A stretch of DNA of 63,706 nucleotides, counting the filler, from Collodictyon triciliatum (lineage: Eukaryota), in assembly GCA_043381765.1 (NCBI GenBank). It is 15 parts of 15 records of this genome, joined end to end, with 100 filler letters (N's around TTAATTAATTAA, not from the genome) between each part and the next. Parts side by side here need not be neighbours in the genome. Positions count along the whole stretch, not along the records: positions 48,110 to 52,558 come from JBHJMP010006078.1; positions 52,659 to 57,106 come from JBHJMP010006079.1; positions 57,207 to 61,653 come from JBHJMP010006080.1; positions 61,754 to 63,706 come from JBHJMP010006096.1; 11 more parts are not named here. The stretch is one strand, 5' to 3'. Below are positions 52,040 through 63,706 of this stretch, piece after piece. The first letter of the stretch is position 1. Every line of letters begins with the position of its first letter. A model generated the notes under the pieces. The model worked only from the letters and a program-made list of their open reading frames with translations. It made no database searches and was not told where the DNA came from. Made by a program: the position numbers and the translations under genes.

Positions 52040-54029
52040 AACACTGCAGTCCTTGCCAAATGAATTCTCCAGCATCACAACGAAGAAGCTCAAGAAACGA
52101 AAAGCCTTTATCTATTTTGTGAGATGTGAGATGTGATGCGATTATAATGTAGCGCCTAGCCACTCCCAAAGACTCGAATAAAGAAGAGAAAATCGTACAA
52201 GTGCGTGCCATGCTTCACAAGAGGGTATTAGTGTCTCCTTTTTCTCAGGCGTGGGTGTTTGGTTATTTTTTCTGAACAGTTTCTTACAAAGAGACTATAA
52301 GTGGTTGCGAAAATAACTCAGGTGCTTCAAAGGTTGGTTTCGATTGGTTTGTCCAGAGTGGTGGTCGAAGGGGATATTCAAAACTGCTCAGTTTGGGCGG
52401 CGGTGGGTCAAGGAGAGAAGAATGTGAGGGGAGCACTACTCTGTCGGGTCTGTGAACACTGCGCTTTAAATCGGCGCGTTGGGATAAAAATGACACATTA
52501 TTTGAGAAACTGAGAAAATAAAACAAAACAAAAAAACAAAAAAAAAACAAAAAAACAANNNNNNNNNNNNNNNNNNNNNNNNNNNNNNNNNNNNNNNNNN
52601 NNTTAATTAATTAANNNNNNNNNNNNNNNNNNNNNNNNNNNNNNNNNNNNNNNNNNNNTTATCCCTGTTTTTCTTTTCTATCTCCCACACATCCCCACCT
52701 ACTTTGGAACTACTTGCCTGATGGTTGAATGAAAGATTGTTGAGACGGGCTCAACAGCGAAGACTTTAAGAAAAAAAAATTATTACAGATTTTTTTAAAA
52801 TTTTTGACAAAAGTTTGCAAACCTTTACTTCAGTGTCGAAATTCATAAATTTTACAATAAAACGGCTATCTAGAATATGTACTTCAATAGCCAGGCTATC
52901 GGCAATTTGTGAGGTAGTTCGGTGGTAAGTGGTGTGCCTCTAAATCATTGTGCATGACACCTATTTAAGTGATTAACATTTTCCATATTAACGTTATAGT
53001 ACTACGTATTAGAAGTTGACGGATGATGTCAATGCAAGAACTCTAAGGTATGAAACTATGTCGAAGGACTAGATTCGCTAACTCTTTGGATTTTGAAGTT
53101 ATAGAGCAATACTTACACTAACCATGTTATTTACACTAGTACAAGGACAGATTCCGAAGGCTTTATGAATAAATTATTCACAGTAGTATTGTTAGTTGTA
53201 ATCATGTTGGTGCAACCTTCTCAAAGGACAATAGATATTTCATGGTCTCCTTTATCCTCTTTCTTAGTAACCAGATCTTCAAGCTTGCCAGTATTCTTGA
53301 ACATAGAGATTAGTGGTGCAAAGATAAACTTTGATCACTTCCGCCCTGATTTAGCACATGGGACAAGAACTCATGAACATTATGAAAGTGAATATCCTTC
53401 GGAAACACATTTGAAGCGAAAAATCTGTTCCTTCCAATTTATTTCAAAAAATAAACAGACGCAATACTTGACGACCTTGTCGATAACTATGAATACAAAT
53501 TAAAAATTTATTTTATATGTGAAATTGTAGTGTTTAATACATTGATGCGGTCATAGATTCCATATAGGAAATAGAACAAATCACCTAAAGTACAATAAGA
53601 AGGTTATGGTACAGATAAAAGATTGACAAATTATATTCATTGGGTGTATGATAGTGTCCCGCGAGCATGAGAAAAAAGGGACGAGTGATATTGATTGGAT
53701 GAAAGTGGGAAAATACTGCTTTGATGACGCAAGGTGTCGAAAAGGATGGTGAAAAGAGAAGTGAGGTTCGTTTGATGAGTTCTAGGTCGATTGCAAAGAA
53801 GAATTCTCTGCATGGTTGACTCACCTCCTTCCAGACCGTATTAGGGTCATTTCAGTAAGGGCTGTCGAAGGGATTTCTCCCTCTTTCTTGCAAAACCTAC
53901 GGCTATAAACTTCCACTCCCTGGTGTCTCTCTCAGCCAAGGTCGTGAGTTGTGGCTTTGTTACCGCAGGTTTTGCAAGTGGTATTGGCCAGCTATTCAGG
54001 ACTCACGTGTCATGAGGTGTCAGCTGCCT

Positions 54030-54620
54030 GCAGTCTCCCGGCTCAGAAAGTCTGTTAATGGGTTCCTTTGGGGTAGGGTATGGGTATGATGGTCTGTACA
54101 CCCATAGAGGATGTCAGGACTGATGCAAGGTATCCAGGAGAGGATGTTTGGTTTTAAATTGTTCTGACACTCGACGGGTTGTGAAAGTGAGCGACATTTC
54201 CCCTCCCTCTTGAATGGCGTCTTCAGGAATCGGTCCAGAATGACTGAGGGAGCTGCCAAGATCGATATGTCTTAAAACCAAATGTATCGCAAATCCTCCA
54301 GGCATTGTCCAGCTGGCAAGGGACAGCGTCTGACCTGCGCGAACGTGGCTCGAACCCCACAGGGTGCGCGGGGTGTGTGATTCCGGCCCTGTATCACGCA
54401 TTCCCTGAGCCCTCCTCCTGTGCCCTCAGTTATACTCATTCCAGGGCAGCCGGGATGTGCTTCGCCGGGCAACGGAGCACACCCCACAATTTTCGAAGAA
54501 AATGACGTCACCAGAAGAGTACTTCCATGAGAGGAATGAGAGGCCATATCTACGACGAGCTTCGACCCCACAAATAGACACCCCACAAAATTGTCCACCC
54601 TCTATTCCATGTCTGCCCCT
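54030..54620 (-). mobile_element. Possible heavily decayed LTR-type retroelement RT-thumb/RNase H remnant
   Basis: Collinear cross-frame fragments QFCGVSICG, LRKLWGVLRCPAKHIP, FWTDS and NPLTDFLSR resemble the FLG, LRSFLG...FIP, TDAS and N.xADALSR motifs. Weak, by eye only. Confidence 0.35.
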
Positions 54621-55808
54621 CTTAGAAAATCCTCCATGCCCCCCAGACACCCCTTTGAAACACCCAGGCTACAGGCCAAACCGTAGGATACAATCCTGAG
54701 TACCGACTACTTCTTCGCCACCTGGCCAACAAGTAACATCATTGCAAACAGTGGCTGGCGAACGAAAGCCAAAAACCACAATCTTTCCAAGTGCGAGTTT
54801 TGTGAAAAAAGGGATATCAAGAGAAGAGGGGTATATGGTGCTAACATCGAGAAGAGTACAACTCAGGGTTAGACTCACGTACTTGTGGTTTTAGGACCAT
54901 AATGTTATTTAAAGTAGCAACCGCAAGTCACATGATTTTACCCAATCGTTGCATTATAATTGAGAGACATAGACATAAAGTAGATGTATTGACGAGCGAC
55001 AGAAAATAGCGCAGAGACACCAGAAGGTGATGGGCTTCTATGAAACATTGACGCTCTATGGAGGCCACTGTAATGTAGCCAGTATGTAGTGGTTCTCAGT
55101 TTGGTCAATGACTATGGGGGAATTATTATCGTATGACGCCGTGACTTGGGAGGGGGAATGGAAATTCGGGTATTTTGGTGGGACCGTGTATGTGACGGTA
55201 TCGAAAATTCCGAGTTTCGATAGTTGTCGCTGGAGCCGCTACGCTTTGAATTATGAAGTCGATTTATTATTTTTTTTTTACAAAAAGCCATAAAAAAATT
55301 TTATTCACATGAATGTAGCGCCTTACTCGAAAATATAATAAAAAGTAGACCTGAGCACTCGCATGCCCGATAGTGTCAGAAATCAGTCGTTAATGCGACA
55401 ACAGAATTTCTTAGATTCTTGCTCATTGAAGCGTTTAGTAAAAAACGTCTTTTCGCAATTCTGGCTTTAAGTCTGGTTGGGTGAATTTCGTCGACATTGC
55501 TATGGTCACTAGGTGTGATAAGAGAGCAAACTTGAAGAAAAATTACACCTAGTTTAAAGCTGTCATTTATATCTTTCTATATATTATGGAGAAATATAAA
55601 TGACAAAAGCGCCATACTTAAATTTTTTGTATTTTGATGAAGTTCTTTCTATATCCACGTGCTTTCATCTACAGCCAGATAGGCTGGAGGACATACCTGT
55701 CCCTACATTGCACTGTCTACCCCATGCATAATTAAGTATTTATCAACATCACGTAAAATAAATCGGGAATAACACATAAGGCATTTAGAACATAACCCCG
55801 CTAGGGTG

Positions 55809-57106
55809 GTTTTTCCCTTTACTCTATTCAAAGTGCAGCGAGGTTATGCCATACAAAGTGGCGGGATAGGTGCGTGCGGTAGAGAGCAGACGCTAGTGAA
55901 GACACCACTGTGGAGAGACTGGCACTGGAAAGAAATCAGTGATAGCGAGTTGGTCAGGTGGGCGACCCAACTGGTTTATTGGTTGCATGGGTAGCAAGGG
56001 TTGATTATGCTGTGTGAGATATCGCACGACACATTCCCACATCTCTCTTCGCTTGCGGTCAGAGTAGCGAAGAATGCGAGCGTGTTTCAGCAGGCTGTTC
56101 AGGAAGCTGTATTGCACGAGGCTTTCCAGCCTGGATGCATGGATTTCCCGTTCAATTGAATCATTAGAGCGAGATTGCGCGTGCACTCCATAAGGACTAC
56201 AACATATGTCCCTTGTGACTGTCCAGAGTATTCTAGAGTCGTGGGTCATTTGGTATTGTGGGCCAAACAGGATTCTGACGCGCTGAGACGGTTGGGAGCA
56301 TAATCAAGTTCAGAGAGCATCGTGTGGGTAGACTCAGTCACTTTTTGAGCAAGAAAGCACTTTACAGGTGTGTGTTCGATAGAGTCATCTCAACTATGGC
56401 ACATGGTGCATTCTGGAGAGGTCGTTGCTGCACGGACTACACACGCGCACCTATCCATAGCTATCTGTTGGAGATATTGAGCAGCAGGATGCGGTGTTTC
56501 GGGAGTAACTAGGGTATACGGGCTTGCTTCTAGTTTTTTGTATTTATGATTCCCCGTGGTGATGAAGTTGCGACTGATATCTTCCAGCTCCTTCAACCTC
56601 TGGGGATTCAGCAAAGTCCCTTTCATGTTGTAGATAAGGGTCGACAGCATCACTTGGTTCCACAACCTTAATTTTCCCACATCCGAAAGATGAAAGTTGC
56701 TCCACACTGATATTTTCGACTTGATGTTCTCAACCAGGTTTGTCCATTTGCTATCCGATTGTGGGCCGAATATGATGCCTAGATACTTGAGTGGATGTGA
56801 CAGTGGCTTCCACATAATTTTTCCTGGAAACGTAAGTCCATCCTGAAACCCAAACAGAATTCCATCTCTCTTGCGGTAGTTGATTTTCCCGCCGACAGCT
56901 CGTGAGTATTCTTGCATGCATTTGTTGGCGAGTGTGGCGCCTTCGGGAGACCGCAAGATGAAAGCTGTGTCGTCTGCATATTGAAGTAGCAGTTGGTTGC
57001 GCACCTTGTTTTCGTTTCGGAAGTGGTTTGCAAGGCAGTCAGCAACAAAGTTGAAGAGCAGTGGTGCAAGTGGGCAGCCTTGATACACCCCGCTCTGTCT
57101 TTGGAT
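55809..57106 (-). mobile_element. L1/Tx1-like LINE, ORF2 reverse-transcriptase C-half to 3' end; degenerate, cut by the contig end
   Basis: GVYQGCPLAPLLF, QYADDT, GGKINYRK, KYLGI, thumb LSDVGKLRL, CTMCHS zinc knuckle; stops and frameshifts downstream. Confidence 0.93.
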
Positions 57107-57691
57107 NNNNNNNNNNNNNNNNNNNNNNNNNNNNNNNNNNNNNNNNNNNNTTAATTAATTAANNNNNNNNNNNNNNNNNNNNNNNNNNNNNNNNNNNNNN
57201 NNNNNNTTTCTTGATTTTTTTTTTCATCTCAAAGGGGCTACATAAATATTGTTTTCTCCTTTTCTTTTTCTTTTTGGCTCCGTCGTGTTGATCAGCCGGG
57301 TGGTTGGGCTACTCGGCGGGCTTTTCCTCTTGTCCGATCCAAGTGTCACATTTTTTTGGAAAATATATAATCCAGATTTGTAAAGTGGAATTCACCCACA
57401 ATCGATGCACCTGCTTTCGAAACTGATAGGCGTAGGCTTTTCCTTTGCGCACCGCGCGGTTGCGGCGAATGTACGCAGAGTGTACATGACCTCTTTTGAC
57501 AGGTTGACTGGGCATCTCAGCTGGTCGCTCGAAGCGACGAAGTGTGCGTTCGTCAGGCTCGCTCGCTCATGACTTCCGGCGTGGCTCATGCAGCAGGGTC
57601 GAATCACAACAATATATTATATTCGCTAATGTCGCTTCAATTTTGACTGTGAAAAAAAAGAAGTAAAAGGAGCACATACCACAAGTACGTG

Positions 57692-60570
57692 ATGGGGAAG
57701 CGCCGCGTCCTTGTGTTTGCCACCATCCTCTGTTTCATGCTTGGAGTGTGCCTTGGTGTCCCTGTGGCCCAAACGAAGGCATCAGATGGATCTGAACTGA
57801 TCGACTGGCTATTCGGCGATTATCAAAACTATCTTGACAAGTAAGGACACATTGGGTATTTTAATCGAGTATTAATACCTTTCGGGAGCTGACGGCAATA
57901 TTTCATGATTTTTTTTCTAGTTTAATATGCAAAAAAAAAAAAATAATAATAAACTGAAAACGTTCGAATTCAGTTTCTTTTGTTTTCGATTGAGAATTAC
58001 CAAATATTTTGTGAAAAAAACCACATGTAAGCTTATCTGAAAATATTTCTGATAATTGGTCTAATTTATGTTTATGCTTAATATCCTTTCAACGCTGTTA
58101 TCATTTTATAATACATGTACCATATCTTTCTATTTTTCGGCTAATAATAATCCGCTAAACAAACAAAAAAAAATCCCTCAAACGAAAGGCTTCCCAGTCC
58201 CGAAGAGGCCCGTCAAATAGGTCGTCAAGCCGCCCATGAATTTACACGCCAACACGGTTTCCAAGGCAGAAAGAACCTAAATCCTGTTTTTCTTATGCCT
58301 GGTACGATGTTTATATTTAAATGATATTTGAAAAACAACTTGCTTATTTATCTTTAAAGTACAGTTTTCTTTTATTGTTTTTTGATAATATATATATGGC
58401 TCTATATTATAAGGATGTCCCAGTTTTTTTTCTTTTTTCAAGACTTTTTTAGCTTATGGACGCGGCTATACTTGTTACATTAGGATTTATGTCAAGCGCC
58501 CTCATGGCAGAATATCGAAAGAATACTGTCCCAAACATCCGCTGTCCACGCCAAATGAGCTACCACCAACTCTGGATCAACTCTAGCAACCTTAATCCCA
58601 TATCTCATCCGGCGGTAAGCTATATTTAAAAACATCTCTAAGAAAATAAGTATGTAATAAATCTCTCAAATAATTAGAATTGATGCCATTCATCATTATG
58701 TCATGCGAGCAATCGAATCGTAATATATTAACTTTTATCTACTAAAGGAATGCCTGTTCGATACTATCTCTACTACCTATGACTCCCGCACTGGGGTGTA
58801 CTCATACAAACCTGGTGATGTTTATTGAATAGTTTACGTATATTTAGTGTTTCACTTCGTTTTCTTGTCGTTTTAATTGGACACTCAGGGACATTGCCGT
58901 GGTTAAATAAATTTTGAATATACAGGTGTTGCAGTTTCTCCCAAGGACCTCGGCGGGCTGGGCGTATGGCAAACTTTCAATTCAGCCATATGCGCTTTAA
59001 ATTTGAAAATTTGAGTATGCTTTTGCCCACTAGGGAATAGAGTATCTGGATACAAATAATCGTCTACCGATGTTTGCTCCCATAATATCTGCTTTGGAAG
59101 AGATTGGCTACACCCGAAACCTTAATATCAAGGGATTGCCTGTAATCAAGTCGATTCCCTCTAATTTATATCAATGATAAACCAATTTGTGGTACATGAA
59201 CATAAAGGTCTCGTGAATAGTGAATGCTTTTGCAATTTTACTGAATCTTGTTTGACCAAATAGTACGAATTTCCTTTCCCTGGAACTCAGCATGAGAAGT
59301 CTGGTTACTTTAGTCGCGTGGCTAGTCTGGTAGAAGAAGCATACACTCAGAACGGGCGGTCTAAAGTTGTTCTCATTGGGCATAGCATGGGTTCGCTTCT
59401 ATTCTTTGCAAAGTTGCCTGACAAAAATTAACTTGTATCATACCCTCATCATGATTTCTTAATTCATGTATTTGCCGCACCTAGGAACGCTGATGACGTA
59501 TTATTTTCTTCTAAATCAACCTCAATCATGGAAAGATACATACATCAAAGGCCATATTTCTCTCACGCCATTGTATATCGGCGCCCCCTTCTCTGTTCGA
59601 TTACTGGTTAGTATAATTTATGGTTACAACCAAACCAAATATATCAAAATATTCTCCCATATCAATCTGAATGAGAGTTCAACTTTTTTATTTAAAAAAT
59701 ATTAGGTTTCAGGAGTATCTCGACGACAAGAGCTTCAAGACTTAACTCGCGATATTACGCGCGGCTGGGGTAGGCATACTTAATCTGATACATAAATATA
59801 CAGAGGTAGTTAAAAGTGTGTATTTGAATGGATGGGTAGAATCGCATCATACCCAACTCTTTTTTTTTTTATTTTTAATCGAAGGCTCTGTGCATTGGTT
59901 TCTTCCCGCTCCAAGTTACGATGGCATTGATTTCGTCGTCAACCCCAATCGTTCATATAACTCGACACAATTTGCCGACTTGTTTAAAGACTTGGGCATC
60001 CCTGTATTGATATATGTTTCATTAGTACATTAGTGTAATTTTCTTCAAAACTTTTCTTCCATCTCTGCATGGATAATGTTAAAAAAAATATGTTTAAGGA
60101 TGTAAGCGCCAGTCAACAAAACGCACAAGCTCTCACTAGTAGACTCTTACCTCCTGGTGCACCTCTTCATTGCTTCGTCGCGGTAGGAGCTCCGACTCCG
60201 CTCCAGTACACGTACAACTCAAGTAAGGAGGCAAGGTCAAAATGACTGAACCCCTGTTTTCTATCACATAGATATACCCCGCATCATGACGTATTAATGT
60301 AGATGAAAAATAGCCTGCTAAGCAAAGAGAAAGAAGTGAAAATTGTTATTTCTTATGTCCCAAACTCGTTTCGCAATCCTGCTAGCCAACATGACGGGCA
60401 CACCTGCAGTTAAATACGTTGATGGAGATGGTTTGGTGACTGCCGAAAGTGCACGAAGTTGCTACTCATTGGAACCTACTAGCATCCAAGAATACCAAAC
60501 CAACCACCTGTTCATCATGTTCCTTAAGGAGCCGATTCAGGACATGCTCGAAATCATCACAGCGCCATAA
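57692..60570 (+). CDS. LCAT / group XV phospholipase A2-like secreted lipase, multi-exon
   Basis: Signal peptide; PVFLMP | GFMSSAL; LEEIGY...IKGLP | YEF; KVVLIGHSM | G nucleophile elbow; WKDTYIK; PPGAPLHCF; DGDGLV; terminal His (NHLFI); stop at 60568-60570. Confidence 0.9.
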
Positions 60571-61549
60571 AGCATATCTCGCTCCACACCGGAGCCAGCC
60601 AATCCTCCCTTTTGCTGTCATTGCGACGGCTGCCATGAAATTGGCTAAATGAATCCACTTTCACGGAACATCATTTGGGGGGGATTCTCGTCCGACATCC
60701 AAATCTGGATTTATTGCGGTGCGGCGATGGCGAAATTTATCCGTTTCTGCGAAAGGAATGGCTAAAAAAAAAAAAAAAAAAATTCAACACAACGGCAATC
60801 GAATGTGCTGGTTTGTGGAGGTTGGAGCCACCTAATGCGTTTGTTTCCTCTTGGACATACACACACGGAGAAAGAGACTGGAAGAATCGATGATGTCGGG
60901 TAACTGCCACATCCAACAAAAGAAAAGCTTCCATTGAAGGCCGCAGAATTTGCAGCGATGGGGGAAATCCAGTCAGTGGCGTGTGAGGCGAAGAGACTGG
61001 ACTATGAGAAGGCCTCGTTCTGCGGAGTCGTTCAGTGTTGGGAAAGGACGGCCAATTAAGGACGGGCTCTTGTGCGGAGGAGAGACGCAGGGTTGCGTCC
61101 GTGTTGTTGTTTTGTAGTTTGAGAAAGCGTGTTTAGAACATGTGTGGCTCTCAGTTTCCATGGGTCTCGACCTTTCTGACCAGTCGCAACCACCGCAGGT
61201 CCGCTCCATTCCTTTGGAAGAGTTGCGCAGGGTATATTCGGGACCGTAAGAGGTTTGCAAGGCGTATACCACCCAGATATACCGGTTATAATTGTGATGG
61301 GCGCTGTGTGTGTGAAGCCGAAGCAAAGTCGGATGCCACCGTCAAAGTCGGAGTTAGAATCACTCAGCGGGATTTTGTCGACGATGCAGAGTTCAAATAA
61401 GGTGTGTATATTTTCTGCTCTTTTTTTTTTTTTTATGACTTTGATTCTGTATGTTGCCCCCAATGTGCGATAGCTTGCTTGCGTCAATTGCAGGAAGTAA
61501 GAGTGCAAAGGTTGTATAGCTGGTTTCATCTTTTTATGTTTTCTTTCTC

Positions 61550-61580
<31 letters not shown>

Positions 61581-61813
61581 CTTTTCTTTTCTTTTCTTTT
61601 CTTTTCTTTTCTTTTCTTTTCTTTTCTTTTCTTTTCTTTTCTTTTCTTTTCTTNNNNNNNNNNNNNNNNNNNNNNNNNNNNNNNNNNNNNNNNNNNNTTA
61701 ATTAATTAANNNNNNNNNNNNNNNNNNNNNNNNNNNNNNNNNNNNNNNNNNNNTTTTTGAATTTTAATAAATTCCATTGGTAATATAAAAATAAATTAAA
61801 ACGGGTTTATTTG

Positions 61814-61845
<32 letters not shown>

Positions 61846-62561
61846 TAGCAAGACAAGGTAAAGAAAGGAGGGGGACTGCATATAATTTCTTTTTTTTTTT
61901 TATTGTCCCATTCAATTTTGTGCAAGTTGGTGAGATAACACATGAATTTATATTCTTTCCATATCCTTCTCCCTAGTGTGGCGTCTAATGTATCTAATGT
62001 GTCTATTCATTAATTCAATCACATGACATCGTCCTGGTTCAAAACTGACACTCTTTCTCGGGATTATCTTCACCGACAGAATATCAGCTACACATATATA
62101 TCCAACCTGGAATTCTGAACTCGAGTATTGTAATCTGCTTATTTTTTATTGGGAGCAAGTCAGGAATAACGAACCCATGCTACACCCTTGGTAAAGTACA
62201 CCTTTCTTCCCTCCACTCACCTGAAAAAAGAAAAAAAATCCCAAACGCAAAAACAAAAAAAGCCATGGTTGACATCTGCCAAATTCTGCAACCTATATGC
62301 GGAAAATATACAAAATATTCCATTCGCGTCACATTGAACCCAACACACCTCCCCCAACCTACACAAGCAGCACCCAAACACAGCGCACTCCCTCCATTCG
62401 ATCAAACGAAATCAAAGAGGCTCTGCGCGCTGCAATGAACTACTAGCACAAAGGTCACCTCCAGTCCCACAGAAAGACATACGCACAGCCCCAGACACAG
62501 ACACAGATACAAACACAGCCACAAACACAGCCACAAACACAAACACAACCACAAACACGAA

Positions 62562-62596
<35 letters not shown>

Positions 62597-62605
62597 ACCG
62601 GGACC

Positions 62606-62789
62606 ATGAGCGCAAGTGCACACCGCCCGCCGAGCCTGTGGATCCCCAACAAGCCAGGTGGGCCGTCGGGGGCGCCGCAGCTGTCGTCGTGGACAGACTT
62701 TGACGACGCCACCGTTGCTGCTGGCGACTCCGGCTCCGTCTCTGTCGCGGGTGGAGGCGATGCCCGACCCAGGCAGGGAGCGGAGGCTG

Positions 62790-62822
<33 letters not shown>

Positions 62823-63307
62823 CAGCGCTACCGTTGCCGTCGCCGCCACCGTCGCCACCAGCCGCCGCACCCGCCCGCGACTTCTCGGCCTTCTGCACGC
62901 CGCAGCGGCACCTGCCTGTCTCGCTGGCACCCCGCGTGGCGCTGCGCTCCCCCGACCACGACGCCCCGGACACGGACCCGGACTGCGCCTCGGATGCGCT
63001 CTCGTCGCCCTCCGCCTCGGACGCCCCGGACACCCCGTCCTCGCCCCTGCCCTCGCCGCTCCCCCTCGCGCCCCACGACGCCCCCTCCCTCCTCCTCCTC
63101 CGCCGCCGCAGCGCCCCGGCCCCCGCCCCAACCTCAGCCCCTGCCCGCCCCGCCCCCGTCCCTAACCCACCCCGCAGCCGCAACGCCCCGGATCCCGTCA
63201 TCCTCGTCTCCTATCTCATCCTCGCAGCCGGCTTCTCTCTATGTCTCCTGGCCTCTCTTCTTGCTCTGGAGTATCTCTCCGTTCCTGAGCACTGGATTTC
63301 TCACTAG
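62606..63307 (+). CDS. GC-rich Pro/Ser/Asp-rich protein with a hydrophobic C-terminal segment; unknown function
   Basis: ATG-initiated 233-codon ORF in a GC-rich island; TM-like VILVSYLILAAGFSLCLLASLLAL. Confidence 0.5.
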
Positions 63308-63461
63308 CCTCCTCCGCACTGCGTTCTTTTCTTTCTGCTTTAGTCATCATCAGTGGGCCGCTGAATCTTGACCATCTTGTAATCATCTACACGCACCTTT
63401 GGCTTCATCATCTAAAAGCCACGCACACATACATACATGTTTGTATATCAGAAAGAAGGAG

Positions 63462-63552
<91 letters not shown>

Positions 63553-63706
63553 AGAGGGAGAGAGAAAGCACGTCGTTGGGGTGCTCCCCTCCCACTCAGA
63601 AAAGAAGTCTCCTGTGCAGTACCAGAATGGACCACGGCAAGAACGGATGGCGGGCAAGATAAACACAAGGCGAGTGGTTAGGTGTGTGTGTGTGTGTGTG
63701 TGTGTG

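Noticed and set aside
53165-53503. 112-aa ORF with a hydrophobic N-terminus
   Set aside because: No recognisable domain or supporting gene structure; cannot be supported from sequence alone.

Overview
This is eukaryotic DNA, most likely from an amoeboid protist: GT-AG introns of about 55-400 nt, abundant microsatellites, and expanded TKL-kinase, LRR and cyclase families. It is not one locus. It is 15 short contigs (mostly about 4.45 kb, in decreasing size order) joined by artificial 100-nt N44-TTAATTAATTAA-N44 spacers, so adjacency across spacers means nothing. Host genes: a kinase/cyclase-like/kinase protein, a PB1 protein, three paralogous LRR proteins, a CAMK-type kinase, tRNA-Ser(CGA), an intronless acyltransferase-3, a spastin/fidgetin-like AAA ATPase, an LRR/multi-TM receptor, a kinase-SAM-Sel1 protein, a TPR-pentapeptide-WD40-Sel1 protein, a Cache-HAMP-cyclase, an LCAT/PLA2-XV lipase and low-complexity proteins. 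One L1/Tx1-like LINE family is present as several fragments. The highlight, which the ORF track shows only as scattered fragments, is a near full-length but decayed Fanzor1 (eukaryotic TnpB-derived RNA-guided nuclease) on the minus strand at 6419-8331. It has an N-terminal NLS, all three RuvC acidic residues and the zinc finger. A Mimiviridae-type AAAATTGA motif lies 46 nt upstream, it apparently sits inside a host PB1 gene, and it is interrupted by a 45-bp LINE insertion with a 16-bp TSD. Its C-terminus and expected omegaRNA fall in an assembly gap. Also notable are immune-like repeat receptors: one-repeat-per-exon LRR and TPR cassettes and HET-E-like hypervariable WD40 repeats.
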